This document shows, piece after piece, positions 42,353-58,869 of a DNA stretch of 64,000 bases (the stretch's first letter is position 1; each line of letters begins with the position of its first letter). The stretch spans positions 14,632,001 through 14,696,000 of the forward strand of contig CP075495.1 in assembly GCA_021613535.1 (NCBI GenBank), given 5' to 3'. Source of the DNA: Adineta vaga (taxonomy: Eukaryota; Animalia; Rotifera). The notes under the pieces were generated by a model. It made no database searches. It was not told where the DNA came from and saw only the letters and a list, made by a program, of their open reading frames with translations. Position numbers and translations under genes: made by a program.

Positions 42353-43875
42353 TCACATTATTTTCACTGGTTTTTTCTTCGAAATTGTCTTTAATAAACG
42401 GCAAGGATTACTTAGTAATCGAGGAGATTTAACAAATTCCTTAACAAGAATTTCATCGGAATTAAATTTAAATTGTTTATCATTAAATGCAATAGCACGT
42501 GATAAACGTAATGATGCATCATGTGTCATCTTATGAAATGAAATTAAATGTAAATAAATATTTGTATTACATGTATAACCCGAACATAAACGTGTTCCAT
42601 GTTCATATTGAATACCATAGACACCATATTTCGTTAAAGGACATCGTTTAAATAATGAATAACGTGGTGTTGTACGAAGAATTGTTTGACTATTATTAGT
42701 TGAAGAAAATAAATTTGGACTCGGTGATGAATAACCATGAAGAAGAAGATCAGATATCAAAAGTGAAGATGAAGAAAGATTTAAATTATGTGATGAAGTC
42801 AAATGTTGCCATAATGGATGAGCTGGTTGATGACCTCCACCATTAGCTAATACATCTCGACAAGGAAAATTTGAAAGACCATGATACATATCGAGACCAA
42901 ATGAAGATGAAAGAGAATACAATGGACATGGACCAATAAAAGATAAAATTTCATTTTCACTTGGCTACAAAAAAGTATTGAGATCATATGAATTAAAAAT
43001 ATCAGTTAGATTGAAAAAGAATATTTACGGGAGAACTCGTCGATTTTTCATGTCTAGAGAAAAAAAAGGAAAATACAGATTTTGAAAAGTGTTTAAGTAA
43101 ATTATATGACAGTCCATGTGTATATGAAAAAAGCTCTTGTAACTTTGTCCAGAAATTCATTTGAATGCAATTTGTTATCAGTTTAATTATGTTTATCTCA
43201 AAGTAAATGTATTTATTAATGACATTGGATCGATTTGAATACGTCAATGACATAGAAACAAAAGGAGATTTCATATTCTCAAACATACCGATGCTTAGCT
43301 GCAAGAACAGCCATTGTTTGTGCAATTATTTGATCATTATTTATCAGAGCTGTTTCCATCATATTTCCTACATGAATATAAGTTATATTTCTATCTCTAC
43401 AAAAGATAATGAACATCGATTGAAAATATGCAGATGATTTAAACATACAGATTTGTATTCAATAGATCATTCAGATGATTTCGTTGTGTACATTGATCGA
43501 TTGGTTGAAGAATATTACCTGAAATGGTCTATGAATTATAAAATCTATTGAAAAATAATCAATAATTCACCTTCTTCGAAACTTTCACTGGACATATTTT
43601 CATCGTCGTCGTCGTCGTCGTCGTCGTCTTCTTCTTCGAAATCATCATCTTCATCACTGATTTTATTTGAAGTCAATTCTTCGCGATTATCCGTAAAACG
43701 TATTGGTTGAATATTTTCATCATCAAGAACTAATTGAAATGAAGAAATTGTATATTTTTTTGTTCTGTCGAATCTTGTCGTACTTACTAATTTGTTCTTC
43801 AATTAAATGAGATTTATTCGAATTCTCATTGATTAATTGTACTCGGATTGGATCTTTGAGAGTTTTTTGTTGCAT
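42353..43875 (-). CDS. Hypothetical protein: acidic N-terminal region plus two CPL...G...C...H...H putative Zn-binding modules; multi-exon
   Basis: Phase-compatible exons from MQQKTLKD via DEDDDFEEEDDDD to the terminal exon with CPLYSL...CRD...HLTSSH and CPLTK...CSG...HLISFH. Confidence 0.55.
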
Positions 43876-44002
43876 TTAATCTAGAAATTTATCGAAAGTA
43901 AACTCACTGTTCTCATTTATTCAATAAAACTATCAATTAGAAAAAAAGATGAGAAAGTATGGAAACATTGTATACGATCAAATATGAAAAATAATCAAAA
44001 GT

Positions 44003-47000
44003 CTATTTCATTGTTTGCCAATCATATGAAGCATTATTTGCATGTTGTAACGGTGGAATAGGCGGTGGTTTTAATGACCATTGTCCATCAGATGGATTTC
44101 GTTCACATAATTGTAAACCTAAATAAGGTACTTTACGGATAACACCATTAAAATCTGAATAGGTACGAGGAGGAAGTAAACATAATTGACGTGTACAAAC
44201 TTCAAGTGTAGCTGCATGACCAATAAAAAAGATATTAGCACCTAAAATAGAATATATTGATACTTTTTGATTTTGTCAATTGAAATAGTTCTTTTAACAT
44301 ACCAGTTAATTTATGTTTATCAGTTATTTGTTGTGTTACTTTAAATGATCGATTATAATAATCAATAGCTTTTTCATCACGTGAAAGTTTTTCTAATGGA
44401 ATTATTGGTCGATAATTTTTATCGATATTATAAAGATTAACTTCTTCATCTTCATGAACATGCATATCTGATGAAGTAAATAATGATGGTAAACCACGTT
44501 CATACCAACCTAAGAATTCGAATAAACCCGGTTCAACACGAATCTTTATACGATCTCCAATACCCATGCCTGAAGAAATTTATTTTATTGATGTTAAAGC
44601 AAATTTAAATGAAAATCTTCATACCTTGTAACATATAATATGCTGTTTGAATACAACGAAGTGATGGAGAACAATAACAATATTGCGCAAGAGAATCATT
44701 TGCAGCTAATGCTTCACCTGTTAAGCGAGCTTGACTTGCACCTATTTCAGTTATAGGAGAATCGCCAATAAAATCACGAAATGGATTACGACGACGAGGT
44801 AAAGAAAGAGGCATATTTAAATTTATACGATGATATTTTCCTAAACGAAATGAAACGAATAGATCTAGGGGGAAGGTTTTTATTTAATATAATACCAGAT
44901 TTATCAAAAGCATTTTCTGGCCATGATGGACCCAAAGCAAAATCAACACGTTCACCATGACGAATACAAAATAGACGAATTAAACCCGGATTTGTTGTTG
45001 TCGCTACTATTAAAGGATCAGAACGACTATTCTAAATGAAAATATTGATATTTTGATTTGTTTTCTAATGAAAAGATCAATACTATATGAGTAAGACGTG
45101 GAAATAAAATTGATCTTTTTGATAATGTTCGAACTTCAGTTGCATTAGTCGTATTCTTTTCATTCATTGGTTGATTATTGTTTGTTTCGAGAGAATCTGT
45201 TGGATTTGTTGAAGAATTTTCATTAACCAATGATGCTGATCTTTTATTATTTCAAAAGAATAAAACATTCTTATTGTAAAAAAGAATATTACTCTTACTT
45301 ATGTAATGTCCATGCATCTGTTTCAGATGTTTTTCTTAAATTTTTGAATGGAAAGAGACCTTCTTCACCTGTTGAATGCGATCGACCTAGAAGAAAAGAA
45401 GAAAAAAAAATACAAATTAAATATAAATCAATTTAATCGAGAATATATAAATTTCTATTCTCTCCTAGACTAATATTTTGATAATTGATTTTTTTTTCTT
45501 CGAACAAAACGACTATGTATGTATATATTCTGATTGATTGTTGGTATAATGATATTGTCTACCTTGATTGAGAATAAGTTGAATAAGTTCTAGTTGATGT
45601 TCTCGCTGTTCTCGATGTATTCGTTCTTCACGTTCTTGATCAAGACGTTTTTGTTCGTCAAGAAATGACATAAATCGTTGTTCAGAATCTTGTTGTGCAA
45701 CAAGAAATTTATTAAAAATTGATTGAAGAATATCATCAATTAAGTAGGCTTGATGTTTATATGGCGACATAGATTTTAAATAAACATCCATTTCATCATT
45801 TATAGGTTGATCGGGTTCTTCATGTTGATCTGTTATATCATGTGTATCTTCATTTGAAAGAAAATTAGTATTTGTTCGAGTTGATTGAAGTATAGGATAA
45901 GGATCTTCGGGTCGTTGAATATAATCAGGTAGAGAATCATCCAGAAATTCTTGTTGTTCATCATTTTCATTCATTGACTGGTGGAGAAAAAAAACAATAT
46001 TGGAAAATGTTAGTAAAACTTAAGAAAAAAACACAACGTGCTTGCCTTCTCATCATCATCATCATCGGTATGATCATCGGGTTCGTTAGTATTTGTATTT
46101 AAGACAATATCCTTATTTTCATTCTCTAGATTTAGATTCGTTTGCATATGTAATGGTTGTTGTTGTTGAGATAAAGAACGTTTTTTAGTTCGTTGTCGTT
46201 TATATTTATGACCAAATAAATAATGAAGATCATCATAGAAACGACAAGATCCTGTCGATTGACCTTGCTCTTCATGTAGAGCACGAGCTTGTTTATATGA
46301 GAATTTTAAGTTTTTCACTCGACCACGTATTTGATTCCAGTCACGATTAAAACCGGCTTGTTTAAGACGTTCTGCTATTTCATGATAGATTTCACGTGTA
46401 CGAACACTTTCAATTGCTTTGAATATGCGTTCATCTTTAAGAAGATCTAAGAGAGCACGTGTTTCTTCAATATCCCATATTAATGCACGTTGATGAAAGC
46501 GTCGAACAGGTTTGGGTGATGATGATCCATTCATTAATGGTGAATTATGTGGTAATTTTTGAGTGAGCATATCCGATATTATCTAGAAGTCGTCTTGTTC
46601 GTTCTTAAAACGCGCAACTTTGATACTGTCTTTATGATATTCACGTACGCCTTCAATCGAAAGCAAGAAAAAAAGAATGAGCCACCGCCACTAGCAGCAC
46701 ACAATTACAACTACTACTCTTACTACTACCATAACTATTGCTACTCTCTTATTGTGCTATGATGCAGCTTGTGTGTGTGTGTGTATGTGTACGTCGTTTG
46801 CTTTTCTCTCTTTCGCTCTTCGTTCTCTCGTGTGCACAGGACGTACATCCAGCAAAGAAGCATCGAAGGTGACTGTGTCTTGTGCCTTATGCGTTGTTAG
46901 AGGAACGAAGAGCATTTTATATGAGTATGTAAGAGAGAAAGAGCGGAGTCTCTTAAAGGCCACACAAACACATAGGCGTATGATGAAATATTCTTATTCT

Positions 47001-48291
47001 TTCTCGTGATAGATGATAGAGAAGAAAGCGAAAAAACGAGAAGTATAGAAATATATCAAGAAAGAACACAAAAGACAACTTAATTAAAGCTTACTCACCA
47101 AAGACATTTTCTTCTTCGCCTATTCGACCATTATCAAGTACCATAAACAGATCATTCGCTTTCAATAAAAGACAATTGTGAATAGTTATGTCTCGTGCCG
47201 ATGAGACAACTCGATATACAACCTAGAAAAAAGACCATACATATATATATATATATATATATATAGTTGTTTTATTTGGTTTTGGTAAGAAGAAACAAAA
47301 AAGACTTGTACAAACTTCGTTCGTTGAAGATTGCTCACGCGAATATAATCGAAGTGTCCAATTAATAGATCGATCAAGATCAATACAAACTTTGGCAAGT
47401 TGTATCAAAGATGCACGTTGATCAATAGAAAGATTAAATAAAGATGATAAACCATGTGTTAATGTTAAATGTGCTAATTTTTTTGCTGATGATATGGAAA
47501 CATTAGGTACTAAGATAAATAAATCAAATCATCATTGTTTTCAAAATAAAATCTAATAAATTCAAACAAACCTATTTGTTCGAATTGTTGTTTAATCATA
47601 TCAAAAATATTTTCTACAACTTTTTTACTTTCATTATCAGGTATAAGCATAAGATAATCACTTGTTGAATGTAAAATAACACGTAATAATTGTTTAAATA
47701 AACTATGATATTGACGAAGAACTGAATCGAATATTTTATGTAATGTGTGAACGAATTGATCAGGTACATAGAAAAAACTCGATAATTTAAAAGCACGTAA
47801 ATGTTGTCGATCTTTTAATGCTGTTTCTTTGACAAGAAAACGAAATGTTTCTGAACTAAATGTTCGAATTTGTTCATTAAGTCGTTCATCCGGACAAAGA
47901 AGTATGATAAATTCTGTTCGAACTAATTTATCATCATGATGTCGTTGAAGAAGCCTAATTTATCAAAACAATAAACAGAACGAGTTTATTTTCTATTCAT
48001 TAATTACCTCTTACCAATCGGTAGCTGCTTGTAAAGAACGAAAACCTGTTGCAACACATGCACGTTCTCTAAAACATTGATAAATGGAAGAAAAAACACA
48101 AAAATTGGAAATTTCCAAGCATACGCTTTTTCTTTGGGTATTCCAAGTTTAGTTGTTAGTAATGTTAAATAGGATGATTGAGATGAAATTTGTTCTTCGT
48201 GTTCATTATTTTCAGCAATTGGTTGTGACCATCGTTTATTAGTGACATTATCATGAAGATTTTTTCGAACGCTTCGTCGTCGTACGGACAT
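44003..48291 (-). CDS. UBASH3: UBASH3/Sts (ecdysteroid-phosphate phosphatase-like): UBA-like, 2H-like, SH3, histidine phosphatase
   Basis: RLFCIRHGERVD, NLNMPLSLPRR, DSPITEIG, SPSLRCIQTA, IRVEPGLFE, IGHAATLEVCTRQL; SH3 end GRSHSTGEEGLFP...SETDAWTLH; upstream exons at 47099-48291. Confidence 0.85.
45513..46570 (-). CDS. Myb/SANT-like (trihelix, MSANTD-type) DNA-binding protein with C-terminal coiled coil, nested in a UBASH3 intron
   Basis: WDIEETRALLDL...IYHEIAERLKQAGFNRDWNQIRGRVKNLKFSYK...SCRFYDDLHYLF; second exon EQRFMSFLDEQKRLDQEREERIHREQREHQ. Confidence 0.85.
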
Positions 48292-49039
48292 AAAATAGGT
48301 CGAAATAAATTTACACACAAATAATGAATCAGCTTTAACTATAAATAAAAAATGAAGTCAAAAGATTTTGTGACAATGAAGGAAGGAAAAACTAATCATG
48401 CGCATCGTTCTTCTCGTCGTTTCTTTTTTCTCGAGTATATTTGATGAAGATATAAGAAGGAAGAAAAAATCATTTATACGGTTAGTGTTAATTGATCAAA
48501 GTTACGATAAAAGTTCTTTTGACAAGAACCTATGTCTTTATTAAATAACATACTTGATTCTGTGGAAAATATCCGAATCTATCAATTGAAAGAATGACTG
48601 ATTTCATCAAGTTCTTCATGATATCCAAATTAATATAGATATTAAAATATCACAAATAATTAATATCAATGAAAATTCAGTTCAGCTGATGTGATGTAAT
48701 GCAATGAAGACGAAGATGATTTGTGGGATTTTGTTTGAAGTGATTGGATGTTGTAAATCAATGGCTATAGTGATAACTGGGGACATCTGGAATCATTAAA
48801 TAGATAAGTATCAAAAAAGGGAAAAATAAAACTGACACATTGAATCTGAACGAACATAATACGATAAATATTCGAGTGATTAATCAACTTCCATAGAATC
48901 GGATAGAAGCGAATATCCACAGCGTTCTCTTTTCTCTTAGTTTAATTTTTAGATTCCATTTGATCTTTTTTCCTAATCTTTCACGATATAATTTTTCAAT
49001 TCATTTATTTCTGTTTGTTCTTTTTTCCTCTTTTTTTCA

Positions 49040-49270
49040 TACACAAGACGATGAGTACGAAATCCGTATATGCTTGTAAACGGTGATATACGCTCATGAT
49101 ACGATCGTATTCTGTCGTATTCTACCGTATTACCTGTCTCAATATTACGGTCCGTATATCTCCATGATCGTATACGGAGGTAAACAGATGAAAACGAATA
49201 TCACATACGACCTCGTTCTTTCTGCGTATAATACCGTACTTCTCTGAACACGATCGTTTACATCTGGGTA
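49040..49270. mobile_element. Degenerate MITE-like element rich in CGTA/TACG/CGATCG palindromic motifs
   Basis: CpG-rich island with repeated TACG/CGTA words; right end ACGATCGTTTACATCTGGGTA loosely inverted to left end TACACAAGACGATGAGTACGA. Confidence 0.45.
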
Positions 49271-49316
49271 TTTATTTATTTATTTTTAGATGAGTAAAAA
49301 AGGAGAATCATCTCAT

Positions 49317-49387
49317 TAGAGACGGCGCCGGAATTTTCATTTTGGAGGGACCGAGTTTTCTGTAGCCCACTCTTGGCGCCGCTGCTA
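49317..49387. mobile_element. 71-bp hAT-like mini-element with 8-bp TSD
   Basis: TIR TAGAGACGGCGCC ... GGCGCCGCTGCTA (10/13); flanks CATCTCAT (49309-49316) and CGTCTCAT (49388-49395). Confidence 0.65.
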
Positions 49388-51891
49388 CGTCTCATAGATA
49401 CTATAAAATTGACGCTTCTTTGGTATATATATATATATATATAACAGCGTTTAGCGTACTTCTTCTTAGAGAACAGGAATAGAATGAATTTGCTAGAATT
49501 AAAATTATAACGAGGAAAGATCATTTTAGAACAGATTGAAGGCGAAGACAAATTTCGGATCGCCGAAAGGATGGCACAACCGGCAGTAAACCGACCGGGT
49601 AAATCAGAACTAGGGCTAACCGGATTAGAAGAAATGATCAAGAAGGCGGTGAAAACTATCAAGATACAAGGATTTTAAGACACGTGCCTTGTTTTTTCTT
49701 GTTTTTGTGAACCATGATGTACCATAATAAAGATACCGTAAAAATATAAACATTCTTTTTCATTTCAATCAGTATATGACGTGTGAATGAGAAAGAAAAA
49801 TATTTCTTTTAATAACGAATACTCAAACATGATTTTTTATGAGAAAGAAATTTATAATTCGTCATGTATATCAATTAACCGCAATATTCTCTCGTTGATG
49901 TTCTGAACAAGAATTTTTCTTCATCCATCTTGTATCAATGATAATCATCGACGTGGACAAGGAACATATGTGATACCAACAAATGTCGAGTGTATGTAGT
50001 GTTTGTGATTGATTATGATGAAAATAACACAACATGTTGCATTTAGGATGGTGATTCGTATATGTCCGATGATAATACATCAGAAAGGGAAGCATCAAGT
50101 GTTCATGGTGTATTTTTCAATGAAGATGAACAACAAGCATTTTAAATATGAAATAAATCAATTGATATTGACTTTTGAATAGGAATTAAAACGGATCTAT
50201 TATTTTCTAGCGTGATGTGTTATACAATACTCGTATTTTAACTCGTTTCACTACTCTTAAAGTAATTAAACAAATGCGTAGTCATAAATTCTATTGAAAA
50301 CTATTTATTCTTTTAAACATTTTACACAACAATGAAAAAATCTCATCATTATAAATATCGTCCAGCTAACGAAGAACTTGTTCTTCATTTTAGCAAAATC
50401 CTTTCTTTTACCACTATTGATCATTGTGATCTCGCGTAAGAACAGTATTCATTTGGTTTTATCGCTACTTATTCAAATTTATAGACTTTTGGAATCATTA
50501 GAATCACTCTGTACAATTCTACCTATTACTTAAGCTTGTTTAGATTCTAATGAAGAACTAAGTATGAACTTTGATTTGGTTTTTCAAATTTTAATTGTAG
50601 TTGCAGCAATTGAACGTGTTACTGATTGAACTCCAAAATTAATCAATATTGAATATATATTATGGCAAAACAATTTACAGAATTGCAAGATACATCATTA
50701 AAAATTCAAATTCTTAAATGTGATATTCGACTATATGGTGGACATTTGAGTGCGCTAACAGAAGAAATATTCAACGATTGGATTTATATGAGGATGAATA
50801 CCTTGTACCATCAATGAAATTATTGATTATTAAAATGATTGATCATAGTTTCTTTTGATTCATTGACAAGAATTTGAACTATTTGTTTTTCTCAAGGTCA
50901 ACATTCAGATTTTCCTTCTATCACTCGTGAATCACCGTATTTTTTTAGTTAAAACAATCCATTGCATTAACTCATTGTTTAATACAAAAGCTTCATCTTA
51001 ACGAAGAATTTCTTTCATTTCAAACTCAAATCAAAATGTAAAAATGTTCTTTTATTTCTTTATAATATTCATTGATTGTTCTTTTAGTTTATCTTCTGAT
51101 GAATTTCCATGGTCAATAAATGATCATAAAATCAATCTCAAATCTCTTTCAACATTCATCGGATATTCTATCTCAAACAAAATCATCACGTCTCGTTCCA
51201 TATGTTTTTTCTTTCATCTATAATCGATTTTGAATAACAAAAATATCGCTACATTGTATGTCAGTCATATAGGTTACATGTCTTGTGTCATTGTTCAGAA
51301 CGAACTTGATCAAATCTTATATTTCGCGATAAGCTGTTTGCTAGTGTTTGTTTGTATTTATACCAGTACGATTTCCTAAAAAAATAATGTCTAGTTTGAA
51401 AACATGAGAACTCCAACTGTTCGATCTATTCATTGTTTATTTTCTTGTATGGTAACGTCACACTCTTGATACTGTCACTCACTTTCTTGGCCTTTATCGA
51501 TTCTTTATCAAACGTCAAATATGTTTATTAATGAATACGATAGCTTTCATATTCTATGAATGATTTATTTCCTTGAACATTATCAATAAACATGTAGCCC
51601 ATCTAACAGTTCTCAGTAGGTTTCCTTAATTAATATTGTTGATGAAACTAGTAAAAAACTGAATATAAATACAGAAAAAAAAGAAGAAGTAAGATCGGAC
51701 TAGTCTATGATTGGTTGAGAGAACGAACAAATAACAAATCAATCTTTGACCTCCTCTCGGACGTTTTCCAATCAAAACTACTCACTTATATACTATATAA
51801 ATGTTACTATTGATGGATCGTTGTCTTGTTTATGAGATCAGTTTGTATTGTTTTGAGTATAGATCTTTAATCAGTATATTTTCAGATACCG

Positions 51892-54358
<2,467 letters not shown>

Positions 54359-55232
54359 TTTTGACATATACATATAAAGTTCTAACCGAGTGTCTTCTTC
54401 ATTTCATTTTCTCAGTCTTTATCAGATACATCTTCTTCTTTTGTTTTTCTTATTTGAGCTTTTACACAATTTATTCTGTATACGACAATCTAATAATCTA
54501 TCTTTTCTTCTTATCTCTATGGTGCACACATATTAAATTTCAAGATAATGTTCATTTTGTTTGTGGGAAATGCATTCTAGATAGTCTGTGTTCTTTTTCA
54601 TGCTTGCTTGTGAAATGCATATTTTTGTTTGTGTGGTCTTCCGTGCTGATTCTATCGATGTGTTCTTTTGCTTATATCAATTTTCAATAAACAAATTATT
54701 TGAGTATATTATCGAATCAAAAGAAAACAAAATCATTACTTGTTTGATCAATCAATGGAAAGAAATTGACATTAACAAGAACAAAAGACCATCATTTTAG
54801 TTTAATACCCATGAAATTTAATTATCATAGTTGGTACAGTATGATTGGAGGTCAATCATATCATTATTCAAGTATCTCTACAGTAATAAGTAACAGCCAT
54901 TTAACTTCATGATGGTAACGTCTATGCTTCATCTATACATTTAAAATAATTATGATCTTCAATTTATTCTCTTTCTAAATATAAATTATATTAGATATGT
55001 TGGTAAGGTTTTTTAAATCAGCTTTATTGATTGTATTTACTGACTTATAACAAATCTAGGTGTCAGTTGACTTGCAGAAAATGTGTGATTATTTTTCAAA
55101 TAACTGGAAATGACAGAATAGTAACAATAGAGTAAAACTACGTAGTTCAATAAAAAGATAACATCAAGGTAGGTGTAACAAACTATAATGACTTCATATC
55201 GTATCAAAAATTGTTCAGATTTGTTTTCCATG

Positions 55233-56339
<1,107 letters not shown>

Positions 56340-57830
56340 ATTTATTATTAAAGTAAAAAGAAGGAAAGAGTTTGAACATGAAGGAAAAATAATTAGATAA
56401 TAGAATACAATTAAAATAGTATCCATATCGAGAGACAAAATAGAATTATTCCATTGTTTTCTACAAGGATAATAACAATGCCAATGGTATGTGCAGTGAT
56501 TTCTGCTCATAAATTATGTACAGTAAGTACATCAAACATTGAATAAAACTTTTTTCATATTTTCAGTATACTGGTATTTTGAATAATTAATCATACAAAT
56601 TATTGACTGAAGTTAATCAGAGTATTCGGACTTATTCTTTTTGATACGCTTATTTTTCAAAAAAAAATCTAACAAATGTACCGAATATTTTGTCAATGGT
56701 ATTTATCTACTTAGATGGGTATTCATCGTTTAAAATAATTTTATCGTTCGATTAGTTGATTGTATATATTCAAATCTCCTAATCGGGTTCAAATTTAGAT
56801 TTTGACAATAAAATGAGTTTTTTTGTACAGAAAAAAATAAGATGGAACTAAAGGATAGCAAGGAAAGGAATAAATCGTGTAAATATCGTTTTCTAGTGAA
56901 ATCAAATTGCTATAGTATTTGAAATAGAACTAACCTTAACAACGACTATAGCTGCTCTTTTTCCTATTCCTGACCAAATTGTTCGGTTCCAAATGAAATA
57001 TTAGTAAAGATGAAGTTATTTGTTACTTATGATGCTAATAATAGGTATAAGATTAAAAGCTATGTTAAACAATATGTTTAGTTTTTTACATTGAGCATTG
57101 ATATTTGCATGATGAAATCAATGCATTTTCCTTCTAATAAAAAATACGTAATTCCTTACCCAATGAATAAAGCGTTCGATGGAATCAATGCTAATACTGC
57201 AGATAATCGATCTATTGCATTAGATGGAAGTAAATGTTGTAATGATCCGATGTTTGTTGTATTTAATTTCCATTTATACTGTTCGGATGATATTGACAAT
57301 ATGTCAATATCCATAGATGCTAATGTAAATGAATGAGAAGATGGACCCCATAGAATTTCAATTTTCATCTGTTTTGCTTGACAATGATGCACTAGTTGCA
57401 CACTTGGAAAGTCCATACATTCCCCAGTTCTTTCAGCTGTATAATTAAATAGGATAAGTTAATTTTTTTTAAAAGATGTTATATAAAGAAACTAACCTTT
57501 GGCTTCTTCTTCATCTAATAACATTCTCATTGTAGATTTAAATACTATTTTTTTTTGAATAATTGGTGATAGAGATATAGTACATCTATATTTGGGAAAA
57601 CGAAGTTTGAACGATCATATTCGGTTAAATTTAATAAAATAAATGCCGTTTTAATGGAATTGCTTTCTTTTATATCTCCACCAGCAATAAATAATCGAAT
57701 ATCTTCAACACCACCATTGCCTGTATTGTCAGGTACAATTGTTGGAATATTTCCAAGATGTTTTTTTAATTTACAACTTATCTCGCACAAGAATTCGATC
57801 AGTATTTCAGGTAAGGACATGCCTGATTTG

Positions 57831-58099
57831 CCCGGTCAAAAGAATAATGATGAAGAACCCAGAACGATGTTTCCCGGCTACGGATCCGCACGGAACCTGC
57901 CGGAAATCACGTCTTTCTGAGGATATTCTGGACAGTTCCAAAAGATTCCAACCGGAAAACCCAGGACAATGGAAGCAGTATTCCGATCGGAATTTCTCGG
58001 ACTGTTCCGGTGAATCCTAGATGGAATGAGCCTTATTCCCATTTCGCTTGTTGGCCACGAACATGCAGAAAAAACAAGATCAAAGATAATAGAAGATCA

Positions 58100-58132
<33 letters not shown>

Positions 58133-58413
58133 CGTCATAAGCGTATTGTCACTATAGTGACAATACGGTAGAGAAAGAAATAGGTTAATAGATCAAAGAA
58201 TAGAATCGACCCTAACAACAAGTCAAACGATGTATGACCATTTTTTCTGCATGTTCGTGGCCAACAAGCGAAATGGGAATAAGGCTCATTGTCGGAAAAC
58301 GACTGGAAGTTAGTCAGAAGCGAGCGGAAAAATCCGAAAATATCTGGTTCGGAATCCTACTTCCATGAAATTGCCGGAATGTTCTGGTTCTGGCTCGGAT
58401 TTTTCGACCTGGG
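57831..58413. mobile_element. Older MITE (CCC(A)GGTC... termini, many CCGG/TCCG motifs), host of a nested insertion
   Basis: Left CCCGGTCAAAAGAAT vs reverse complement of right end CCCAGGTCGAAAAATCC; GC-rich relative to flanks. Confidence 0.65.
58028..58287. mobile_element. Young 260-bp MITE, PIF/Harbinger(ISL2EU)-like
   Basis: Perfect 47-bp TIRs (58028-58074 / 58241-58287) starting GAGCCTTATTCCC; AT on both flanks; internal (GA)n tract and a 26-bp perfect palindrome. Confidence 0.88.
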
Positions 58414-58869
58414 AAGACATTTTGATTGTTTTTTAAAAGTAAAATCGACTAAAAATGCTAGACAAGAACCAAGTGAGTCGGTTTTAATGCCTGCATCGCT
58501 GATATTAGAGCGGCCCATACGAAAATATACAACACCTTGATTAGAACCATCAGTAGTATTGGACATTATCTAAATGAAGTTCCAAATAATCAAAAAATCG
58601 ATAGTTTTTATTCCTATAAAAATAATTACATAATTTATTAAAAGATATTGAACTTGACTATTTTTTGATTGAATGATATTATGTTTAAAAAGAACAGTTT
58701 TGAAAAGTCAAACTAAGAAGTGACTCACTTTGATTTTCTATATAACATCTTTTTTTACTATTCGTCGATATAAATACGTATGATGTGATAGATTAATGGT
58801 ATTTAAATAGAGAATTGAGCTCCCTATCCATTTAATGTATTGTTGCGAATTATTTATAATTCACTTCTC

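Larger units (their letters stand above)
56935..58566 (-). pseudogene. CheD-like (CNF1/YfiH/CheD-fold) deamidase gene interrupted by nested MITEs
   Basis: VVYFRMG...IKTDSLGSCLAFLVD resembles CheD TxGLGSCV; IRLFIAGG resembles LEAKIAGG; downstream spliced exons; insertion ~57831-58413 breaks the first coding exon. Confidence 0.5.
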
